The position numbers and the translations under genes are program-made. A DNA stretch of 20,000 nt, taken from NCBI GenBank assembly GCA_018398765.1, contig JAHBMJ010000344.1, forward strand, positions 109,391 to 129,390, in the 5' to 3' direction. Position 1 is the first letter of the stretch. Every line of letters begins with the position of its first letter. Source of the stretch: Chromera velia (taxonomy: Eukaryota). Below, piece by piece: positions 1-10,103 of this stretch. Under the pieces are notes generated by a model, which was not told the origin of the DNA, ran no database searches, and saw only the letters and a program-made list of their open reading frames with translations.

Positions 1-2207
1 TTTTTGTGAGAGAGGTGCTCTGTCGATCAGAGATAAAGAGGTCAACATATGTTAAAATCATTCACTGACTTTCATGCACTGCTCAATGCTAGTCCTCGGA
101 AAAGGTTTGAAGTTCATTTCAAAGTGATAAACCTTCAATCACCTTTAATGAATGGAAGTCAATTAATTTAATTTGATACAATATTTTTAGTTTTGTATCT
201 AGATTTATATGTCTTTTTACTTGGTCTCGATCTTTATTGTTTTTTTATGTTTTTTCCACATTTTTTCCAAATTCAAATATATTTTTTTCACGCTATTTTA
301 AGCTGGTTTAATAGCTGGTCATTAACTTAACATTAAGCCTGTAATATAACGCGTGCATAAAGCATATATATTGCGGTTCTATAACGTATACACATGGTGA
401 ATGGAACACCATATAGGCTGCATGACTAGGTGCATAAATTATAATATGATCAAATCGATTTAGTGTTCTTTGCCTGCCTCATACTTTCCCCTGACTTGTG
501 GGCGGCAGAGAAATCGATCGATCTTTATGTTGCTTCCGTTTTTCTAAGGTCTTCGACTTTCAGCCTGATGTGACACACTGCTTCCACTGCATGAATAGCT
601 CCGACCAGTTCAATGCTTTTTTTACATTCACATGCACTTCTGGCGCTGTCTGAGTTTCCTGCACAGTTAATGTGGTGAGATCAAGACTGGAAGAGGGGGG
701 GGGGAAGAAAGTGGAAGAAAAAAAGGAAGGATCTAAGCCTTACTTCCTGCCTTCCATGCTTCCCACCCTTACCTCAGACGTGGGCTGGAGGAGAAACAAG
801 CACACAGTCACTTCCAAGCACATAAGAAAAACAGACCAGAGAGAAAGCGCGCGGCAGCCGCGGGCAATTGCGAGAATTGCAGCACGGGGTCGCAGACTGT
901 GCAGTTAAGAAAGATCAAAGAAAGAACTCTCATGCATGCATGTACTTCACATTCACTCACGCATGCACCCGAGTCACAGTGGCAGTTAGTAGGTACACTG
1001 CATTTCACTCACACATGATCTCACCACAAAGCTTTCGACACTTTCCTGACACGACATAAAAAAACCGTTCTTCCCCTTTGTTTAATTCCGTCAGTCGCCT
1101 CGTTTCTCTCTCACTCACTCAATCAACGTCTGCCTAGCTGTTTCCTCAACTGTACCTGCATCTGAGCTGAGCCCCACTGCCAACAGAACAGTACAGTCTG
1201 TCGGGACAAAACACCAAAACCTAGACCGAATTTTCCTTTCCGTTTGGTTCCTCATCCGATCTTATTTTATTTCTCTTCTGTCTCCCTCAACTGCCTGCCC
1301 TGCAGTGAATGGTCATCCATCCATCCATTCATCAACGAATAGAATCACTCTCCCTCGTCTGCTCACGGCGCAACGGTGTTCTTTCTCTCTCTCATGCACG
1401 AACCTTTTTCCGTTTGTCAAGACACATGCACCCACGTACTTTTCACTTACTTCATACAAGTTTGCAAAAAAAGAGCATGCAGGAAGAAAGGACGAGGCTC
1501 CCCTTTCTTTTCTTTCAGTCGAATAATCTTCGACACACCAGGCCGACCACTTCTTTGTCGGCCTTCATCTCATTCTCTCCCGTTTCCTCTCTCATTCCAC
1601 CCCTCTTTGTTTCCCTGTGTAGTTTCTTTCTTTCTTTCTCTACACCCACTTATCTGCCCATCACACGTCTTCCTTCTGTGCCTACACCCCCACTCCTCTC
1701 TTTCTGTTTTTTGTTTTTTGGCGCATGCTTCCTTCCGTCCTGCTGTTGTTTTGGCTGCTTCGTTTCGTTCGTCGATCGAAATAAATAGATAGGCGAAGGA
1801 AGGAGACTGATCGATCGATCGATCGAGTGTCCAGACGGACAGCGCACCAGTTGAGAGAGAATGGGCTTGTGGGTATCTGCTTGTTCTCCTCGCGTGCACG
1901 GAAGGCGGCAGAGGGAGGAGAGGGAGAGGAGGCGACGAACAGTTATCTGTCAGGATAAGCCAGACAGACCAATCGCCTGCATGAGCCCTCCCCCCCTCCC
2001 TCCCAGTAGCTCTCTTTCTTTCGAGGGAGAAAGATGGAGGGCAACTGAGGGACGGTCAGACAGAAAATTAAGAGAGAAAGAAGAAACAAAAGCCCCGTGA
2101 CGCCCTTTTGAGAGAGAGAATATTCAGAAGAGTCAATTCATCAGAGAGGAAACAACAAGTACAACAAGATATGCAGAAAGACTGGCAAGGGAGGAAGAAT
2201 GACTGAA

Positions 2208-2238
<31 letters not shown>

Positions 2239-2672
2239 ACACGATCGATCGATCGATCGACGTGCACGACCTGAACGACCCAACGAACGGACAGGGGACA
2301 GACTCGTTCGCTGGGTCTGTCTCCGTTTAGTTCAGCTGGTCAGATTTAACAATCCATTCGTCTTCTCTCTCTGTCTGTGTCTGATATGCTGCATGAACGA
2401 ACGACCACCTCAGCGAATGAACACCGAGAGGAGAGATCACCACCCGAATCCCAAAACAGACAGACCATCAGTTCTTCTCAGTTTCTTCTTACGACCACGA
2501 CAGATGATAGAAAGAAAAAGATCACAAAACCAGAAGGAAGAAGACAGACAGAAAGGAGGAAGAGCCAAAAGACGTAACTACACTGCGATCAATCAGATTC
2601 TTTCATTCTCTTTCATCAAGCGACAATTAAGACAACTCCACGTGCCCTTTTCAACATGGCAAAGAAGCAAAA

Positions 2673-3385
2673 TCACTCCATGAGGTCTGCCTCTCCCTCT
2701 GCCTCCTCAGCCTCCTCCTCAGCCAACTCCTCGCCATCGAGGATCTCCTCATCCTCCTCAATGTCCTCAGGGACCTCCTCGTACTCGAACTCGGACTCCT
2801 CCTCTCCGAGGCGTCTGTCGCCCCGTCTCCAGCTAGAGTAGGTGTAAGAGGGCGTGGAGGAACGGGAGGAACGTCTGCTAGAGCGACGGGAAGAGCGGGA
2901 GGAAGGCGGGGTGTAGGAGTAGGGGGTGGAGTAGGAGGGGGTGGAGGAGACAGTGGTGGCAGGGCGGGCGGGTCTGCCAGCAGAGTAGCCAGTAGTCCAG
3001 GAGGTGGTGGGCTGGCCGCCGCCCCAAGCAGGGCACTGGTTGGGAGAGGGGCCGGGGGCGACTCTGTATCTGGGGACTCTGGAGAGGTTCACGGTGGTGG
3101 TGACAATGTTGTTGTCATAGTTGGTCTCAGGCAGGATCCTGTCCAGGTTGGTTCTCCACTCGAAAGTGTAGGTCCTGTCCTGGTCGATGTCCGTGATGTC
3201 AATCCACTGACAGGCAAGGGTCTTGTCGTAGATGTCTGCGCAACCAGCGGAGAGCCCCTGGTTCTGGCAGGTGTATCTCTGTCCTCTTCTGGGACAAACA
3301 ATGTCCATAAGGCAGAGACCGTTCTTGTATCCAGAGGCAACCATGCGGCCAGTGCTGGGGTCCTTGAGAGCGTAGTCAGAGAACC
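2673..3385 (-). CDS. LOX: LOX exon 4: LTQ Lys/Tyr, end of catalytic domain, low-complexity tail, stop
   Basis: CTCGCAG acceptor; contains ORF 2673..3344(-); TGA at 2675-2673. Confidence 0.93.
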
Positions 3386-5104
3386 CTGCGAGGAGGAAAT
3401 CAAGGAAGAGAAAAAAGGTATGCGAACAGGCAGACGACGTTTGAGTCGGCTTGCTTTGTCACTTTGTTGTTTTACTTCTTGGGAGCAGGGAAACTTCTTG
3501 ACCAGCGCACGAAAGCAGAAGATACACACTGAGACGACACGAGGGCCACTGGATATATCAGGCCTTCCATGAGACTACGAGAAGAAGCAGTTGAGGGAGG
3601 AGGAGGAGGGGGAAGAAACAAACCGCTAATGAAGGAGTATAAATCTCGAGAGTCAACAAAAAACTGACAGACAGACCAGTCAAGTGCCAGTGGCGATGGC
3701 AAGAGTCCCACACGTAGGGATACCTGCAGTCACTCGGTCACAAAGGAAAGAAGAAGAGAGGAGAGTGTTTGGTCAATGATGCGGAGGAAGGCAGACAAGA
3801 GCAGTCCTCTCTGTTATCGGTCTCACACGACACGCAGACAGGAGGGACGAAATCATGTCAAGTCTGCATGAAGAAGAAAATGTCAGTTAGTGATTAGATC
3901 CAAGCTAGGGGCTGTGCACGCGTTTCCTTCCAACACGGGAGGGAAGGGACACCACGAACGAGCGCCTCCACAGCCAGCCAGCACAGAACCAAGTGAGGCC
4001 GGTCAATAGGCAAGCAGAGCAGGGGGACGGGTTTGAGAGTGACGTCTGTTTATGTCTCACAGTCAGCAGTCAGAGTGATAATTGACTGTACTGAATGAAC
4101 CTGAGATTGACTGACTGGTTCTGAGGGGCCGTCCCAGAGCTGGGGCATGTGGGTGTCCATCCGATCTGGCAGTCGGATGATCCTCCGTTGCGGAGGTTGG
4201 AGTCGAACCTCAGCACCGTTCTGGTGCCGGGCCCCGACAGGCAGTTCTCAGCCTGGAGGCAGGGATCGTTCTCGGCGTTGACGGTGTCAATCACCCAGGA
4301 GTTGTCCAGAGAGGCGCGCTCTGCATGCAGCAACAAACACAACGACACACAGACAGAATTAAGACAGTATTGAGGCGGGTCTGAGACTGTTCCACAGTCC
4401 AACTGAGGTTGAGGCATCACACCACAGTAGCGGTGGGGAAGGAAACACACAGAACGATCACCGGAAGTCTGGCTGAAAGGCACACAAGTTCTTCGTGAGA
4501 CAAGGAGACTTGGGTCATCGAATCCGTTCTAAGTGCGTGCCGGGGGGGAAGACCCAAAGGGAAGGGACAGGGGAGGTTACAGGCTCCGGCTGTGCAAACA
4601 CATCAAGGAAACAAGAGCCGAGGCGAGGAGGAGCGCTCAGCTGCTGGAGACCATAGGCACAGACAGACCAGACCAGAAGACTGGAGGGTGGTCAAGAAGG
4701 AAGTGAAGAAAGATAGGCTCTTGGCACAGACCACTGAATTCGATAAACCTTCGTGAAAGGAACTCAAAACGAATGCATTCACTCGAAGGGCAAACGATTC
4801 ACAAACCTCGCGCAGTGAAGACATAGCAGAGAGAGAAAGGGGTGCAGTGGAGGGGAGACATTCGTCGGAAGCAGAGAGAAAGAGGTAGAGGAGAACCTCA
4901 AGGTCTATCATGGAAACAAACAAAAAAGCCGTCTCTACCGAACTTCAGGAAGCACGCAAGCAGCAGAGCCGTCTAGAGGGAAGAAATGAAACCATGTCAG
5001 CAAGCTACAGCCAGAAAGCATAAGGCGGTCAGAGAACACTCACCAGGGACGAGGTCGCAGGCCAGGGCAGCTCCTGACATGAGGGCAGCGGTGAAGAGCT
5101 TCAT
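2673..5104 (-). CDS. LOX: Secreted lysyl oxidase (LOX)-family copper/LTQ amine oxidase, 4 exons (5104-5044, 4320-4116, 3723-3677, 3385-2673), 341 aa
   Basis: All three introns are GT..CAG with compatible phases (1,2,1); total 1026 nt. Spliced protein: MKLFTAALMSGAALA-CDLVPERASLDNSW...CLQAENCL...TVLRFDSNLRNGG...YVWDSCHRHWHLTGFSDYALKD...VASGYKNGLCLMD...CQNQGLSAGCADIYDKTLACQWIDITD...LPETNYDNN. It is colinear with the vertebrate LOX catalytic-domain motifs (PDLVPD, CAAEENCL, LLRF, WHSCHQHYH, GHKASFCLED, QGLSPGCYDTY, CQWIDITD, PESDYTNN). Confidence 0.93.
3677..3723 (-). CDS. LOX: LOX exon 3: 47-nt micro-exon encoding the copper-binding motif YPYVWDSCHRHWHLT
   Basis: CTGCAG acceptor and GTCTGT donor; phases 2 and 1 bridge exons 2 and 4 exactly; HxHxH triad. 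Confidence 0.92.
4116..4320 (-). CDS. LOX: LOX exon 2 (CLQAENCL, VLRF motifs)
   Basis: TGCATGCAG acceptor, GTCAGT donor; lies within ORF 4070..4483(-). Confidence 0.9.
5044..5104 (-). CDS. LOX: LOX exon 1: signal peptide plus start of catalytic domain (MKLFTAALMSGAALACDLVP)
   Basis: ATG at 5104, hydrophobic stretch ending A-L-A, GTGAGT donor at 5043. Phase 1 joins exon 2 to give DLVPE. Confidence 0.85.
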
Positions 5105-5239
5105 TTTCCGTCTGCTGGTTGGTTGATCGAAACGTTTCAAGAAAGGAAGAAGAATCTGATCGATCGTGTAGTCAGGCTCACGGAAGGGCGATGCTGGTCG
5201 GATGTTTCTTCAAACAGATACAAACAGAAACTTGAAAGG

Positions 5240-6021
5240 GGAGGGAGGAAGGGAGTTCGTTGAAGACTTCAAAACCGCTGAGAGACTTGGAATTGGCGAC
5301 CTCGAATTTCCGAATTTTGTTGCAGTCTAAACGCTTGCAACATTACGTGCCCCCCCGCCCCACCCGTCCGCGGCAAGCCGACCGCGCGCGCTCCGGCCTT
5401 CCTGTGCGAGTGGCCCATAAAAGCGAAAATGACGAATTTCTTCACCGCCGAAGCAGTTTACGCCGCAACTTTACGGGGCCACGATTTTGAACGGTCCCGC
5501 AAGGCGGGTTACGTGAATTCTGCTCCGTACGAGTGGTGTTGGGGGGCCTAATACCTAATAGGCCCGGCTTGTGCCGTGGCCCCCGGCCGACGGTATGTTA
5601 ATTAAAGTGGCAGTACCCCCCAATGCTCAGTGCATGGCCGCCGGCAGCCAACGGACGTCCAACCGCGTCAGATACCGTGGCCGCGGGCAACGAAATTGAA
5701 CTTTCAATTAATAGTTCATGAACTTTTGGGGGCCACGGCATGCTCCCTGGGAGCATTTCAGTCGCTCATGCGTGCGTCAACTGCTGCTCTATGGGCTATC
5801 TGGATCTCTCGTCGATCGAAAGATCAACAGCCAGACGTCATACGTACCTGTCAACAAAGAAACATATGGAGCAAGCTCCACGCGGTTCAAGCTGCCCAAA
5901 CCTCATTTGATACTGCTGTGCGTGAGGAGCGAGGCGAGGGACTGTGTGTCGCCGCTCTGATGCAGACTGAAGGTGCGAACAGGCAATACGTTTTTTGAAG
6001 CCGAAATACTTGTGGTAAGCA
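5240..6021. promoter_or_regulatory. Putative divergent (bidirectional) promoter region between LOX and the plus-strand hypothetical gene
   Basis: Microsatellite-free, CpG-rich stretch between two head-to-head start codons, with a recurring (C)GTGGCC motif on both strands. Confidence 0.35.
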
Positions 6022-6767
6022 ATGTCTCTAGCCTTGAAGATCTTGCAGGATTGCTTTTTATTTTTACTTTTCGCTTTTCAAGGCCCCACAAGTCGGGAAG
6101 AGGGCACAGTCTTCAGCACCTCTCCTTCTCTGTCGCTTCGCCGTCTCTCGCCGTCTCCGTCTCCCACGTCGTCCGCGTCGTCTCATTCGGACGCGAGAGC
6201 GAGAGGCGGTAGAGACCGGTGTTTCTCCTCTCCAGGGCCGCGTGTATCACGCAGAGCGCGCCTGCCGCGTGTCTCTCCTCCCGAGATGAAAGCAGCTCGG
6301 GGTGAATCTGCACAGACGCTTTTGTTTTCAAGCACATCCAGTTGGAGCAGTTTGAAGGCGTCCAAGAGAGAAAGAGAGGGGAGGGAAGAGCGGTCTTCTG
6401 TTTCACCCGGAAGATTGAAAGGAGAAGGTCAAACCAAAAAGAGAGGAGAAAGACAGGGGAAGCCGTTGAAAGCAAAAAGGGTCAGTGTATGTCTCTCGAA
6501 GGGTGAGTGCATGTGCGCATTTATCCCACAAGCACGTTCGCCATGGATGCAAAGAAAACCTCCAGAGCTGCACAGCGGAAGTCGGAGAAGGCAAAATGAT
6601 CTGTCGAGTCGGGTGAATGAATGGATGGATGGATGGCGCCACTGCATCCATTCAGTCAAGGCCGGTTTGGGAAGGGGAAATTGAAGGGCAGAACTTTATT
6701 TGTCTGGAAACGAAAAGTATCTGGGTGTGTTCACACTGTAGAATGGTATGGCATGGTTCTTTGCAGG

Positions 6768-6820
<53 letters not shown>

Positions 6821-7695
6821 CATGCTCTGTCTGTCTGACTGTCCGTTTGTCTGTCTATCTGTCTGTCTGTGTCTCTGTCTGTCTATGTGTCTGGCTGCCT
6901 GTCTGTCTGTTTCCTGAAGAAAAGGATGGAAAAAAACCATATAGCCTGTCTGTCTGCCTGCCTGCCTGCCTGCCTGCCTGTCTGTCTGTCTGTCCGTCTG
7001 TCCGTCTGTCCGTCTGTCTGTCTGTCTGTCTGTCTGTCTGCAGAGAGAGATCATTTTGGTGAACCCGACGGAGTTTCGATTCTGTGCCCTCTCATACGAT
7101 TTGCCCTCTTTCGTCGAACTGAAGCCCTTCCCTTTCAGGTTAGCGAGGTTGGGATATGGGGGGGTGGGGGCAGGGGAGGAGCTAGGCATTTTTCTTTCTG
7201 TTCTTCTTCTGCACGCACATCCTTGCCAGGGTGCCCAAAATAGATGCAAATCGCCTGAGTGCCACCCACCCACCCACCACCCATCCACAATGGCCGAACA
7301 AAAGGCATCTGGGGGTCTCCTTCCTTCTATTCGTCCGTCCTTCCCTTTTCGGTCTCTCTCTGTTCTTGGCATACTTGCAATCAGGACGCAAGAGTGGAAG
7401 CTAGAGCTGTCTTCTCTCTTTCTTTCGATCAGTCTTTTTCCTCTTTTCGCTGGTCCTTCTTTTTGAGTAACTGCCTGCCTTCTTGGACGGAAAAGATGCG
7501 AACAGATAGTCAGGGGTACAGACAGATCATATGTCTGTACACATCGACACAAGACTCACAGACTGGCTGAGTGACATACTGACTCCGAGACAGACAGATT
7601 TACTGACTGACTGACTGATTAGCAAACAGACAAAAAGACGGAGACACAAATGCAGACCGACAGGCACAGGCACAGACAGAGACAGAGACAGAGAC

Positions 7696-7726
<31 letters not shown>

Positions 7727-8497
7727 CAAAGTGCCACGCAGAAAAAAAAGTCTACACTCACATGCAAAAGATGCATGTGGGCGAACGTTCGCACAGAGAG
7801 ACTGCCAGAAACAGTACAAGAAGAGAACCTCCGGAAAGAAAGAAAATGCCAACGCACGCGTTTTTTCGATGAATGCTTGCATCTCTCCCTCAGTATGTTA
7901 TGAGCATGTGTGTGTATATCGGATATATTTATCAATGTTTCAAAACCATGCATCATTTGTGTGCTTTCTTGACTGCATGCATGGGTGCGATCAATTAAAT
8001 TAAGCAGGTGGCGTCTGAGCATTCCGGAGACCTCCTTCCAAGGTTTGCTTCTGGAGGAACTTCGCCTCCCTTTCCGCTGGTCCTGTTATCCCTCTGTGTT
8101 TGGGTTCAACGAGGCAATGAAGGTCCTCAGAGGGAAGGGCAAACCTAACGGAGCTGCTGGGGAAGAACTGAGTGATCCTCGTGAGAATAACGTCGGGAAA
8201 AATTCAAATTTCTCCGTTGCTGACAAGGTCTTTTCAAATCTCTCGACGGTTTCGTCTTTCTTCTCAAGAGCGTTCTCTTTCTTCTTGCCTCTAGAAAAGA
8301 AGAAGCGGAGACCCCAAGACGGAACTCCATCTTCCCTTCACCAGACTGATCAGCCAGTCTCCCCAGAGAAGCCGTCTCCCTCTCCGTCCCTCGACTGTTC
8401 CTTCGAGATTTCTATCTCAAAGCTGAGCCTCCCTTCTTTGTCATCATCCTCGGGCTCGGGGTCGGGCTTCGGAGGTGGGGTGCGGTGTAACCTTGAG
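6022..8497 (+). CDS. Tentative multi-exon hypothetical protein (exons 6022-6480, 7044-7138, 8008-8497; 3' end unresolved, possibly extending to about 9395), with an N-terminal hydrophobic segment and Ser/Arg-rich leader
   Basis: Phase-compatible junctions AGG|GTCAGT..CTGCAG|AGA (phase 0) and TTCAG|GTTAGC..AAGCAG|G (phase 2) give ...KAKR-REIILVNPTEFRFCALSYDLPSFVELKPFPFR-WRLSIPETSFQGLLLEELRLPFRW.... No family recognised. Confidence 0.45.
6769..7040. repeat. (GT)n, (CTGT)n and (CCTG)n intronic microsatellite block
   Basis: Direct reading. Confidence 0.95.
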
Positions 8498-8560
8498 GTC
8501 AGTCAGTCAGACAGTCAGTCAGATAACAGTCAGTCGGCGCTGTTTTTGTGCGACTAAGTG

Positions 8561-8592
<32 letters not shown>

Positions 8593-9765
8593 GCCTCTGG
8601 ATATGCGGCTCTGCTTCGCTCTGTGATGTGTTAGCTACCTTCCCTTGCCTTGTTTTGAAGTATTCCGACAACACTCACCGTTTACTTAATTGAAAGTCCC
8701 TCCCTCCAGTCCCTGGAAGGAATTGCATGATGATGATGGACGTACAGCTAGGGGGTCCTGTCATGAAGGGATGGAGGGAGGGCAATGCCATGCATCAGTC
8801 TTTGTCTCTCCATGCATCCACGCTTGCATGCGCATACAAATGAATTTCTTCCACCGAACGTTCCTGTCTGTCGTCTTCGGGATGCGATATCCACGCCTGC
8901 TTCGATGCCCTAGACTAATCATAGATTGATTAACATAGGCCGCACCGCATTTTGTCGTCACGAGAGGTCTTCGGCGAAGGGCGGCGCTTTTGCGGGCAAC
9001 TGAGATGCAGAATGCGCTTTGCCTTTCGGAGACTTTTTGCGGTTTGTTCTGATGTTGTCCGCACACACCACAAGGCCTAAATACATGTATGCGTGTTTAA
9101 CTTTGTGTCGGCATGATGATCTGCATGTCTCATTCCTTCCTTCCTTCCTTCCTTCCTTCCTTCCTTGCACGAGGGTGTTTGTTTGATCCACGCACTGGGA
9201 TGGGAAGCACTGCACGGTGACCAGTCGATTTTGAGAAATGATGCCAGACCAACCAATAACAATAATGATGATGATGATGCAGGTCCGAGACCAGGGGGGG
9301 AAGGGGAAGGGCAAGGGGCTCCCGAATCGAGAGTGGAATGTGAAGAGACAGAACGGATCGTCCAGAAAGAGGGGGGGACCAAGGAGCGTCTATGACCCTC
9401 CGGACTGTGCCTCGATCGCGGAACCTCTCAGATGTAGACTGGAGACGGGAGAAGGGACTCAAAGCGACAACCCCCAAGCATTTACTTTTGTTTATTTTGA
9501 TACCAATCGAAAAAAAGGGGCATGGAAGTGGTTGAATTTATAAAACATCATACGGTGTCATGATACTGATGAATAAGGTGATATATATGGTCTTTATCAA
9601 GACTTTATGATATGTAATTGTTATTAGCCTAGTCACCAAACTACACCAAACCATTTTTAATACCCAAACGCTGGGCGGCAACGTATGAAGCATAAAACTT
9701 GTTTATAACTTCTTTTATATTTTGAGGATATGATAAGATTTTTATTCTAGGACCCGCTATGATTC

Positions 9766-10103
9766 AAATCTTAGGGAAATCCTAGTGAAACCCAAAGGAA
9801 ATCTATAGGAAATTGATAGGGAATCTCATGTGGGAAATCTGCTTGAGATTCCTATTTTTATGGAAAATCAGCCAAATTTCCATAAATTTCCCAATTTATG
9901 GAAATCTTGGGGAAATTCATGGAAATGATTGTAAGGATTTCCATATATTTCCTATAAGATTCCCGTAATTATGGGAAATTTATGGAAATCTGGCTGATTT
10001 CTCATAAAAATGGAAATCTCAAGCAGATTTCCCACGTGAGATTTTTCATCAATTTCCCATGCATGGATTTCCATAAGATTCCCCTTAGATTTCCTTAAGA
10101 TTT
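9766..10103. mobile_element. About 340-bp imperfect palindrome (foldback/MITE-like element) made of GGAAAT/ATTTCC subrepeats
   Basis: Left arm GGAAATTGATAGGGAATCTCATGTGGGAAATCTGCTTGAGATT... is the near reverse complement of right arm ...AATCTCAAGCAGATTTCCCACGTGAGATTTTTCATCAATTTCC; centre about 9932. The palindrome is certain; mobility is inferred. Confidence 0.6.

Noticed and set aside
2656..2841. Plus-strand Ser-rich ORFs (also 15593-15880 and 17750-18028)
   Set aside because: Antisense shadows of acidic/Gly-rich minus-strand exons.
9165..9543. ORFs 9165..9395(+) and 9238..9543(+) as a defined last exon of the hypothetical gene
   Set aside because: Only an atypical GAG acceptor and competing frames; could not be assigned, so it is left unresolved.
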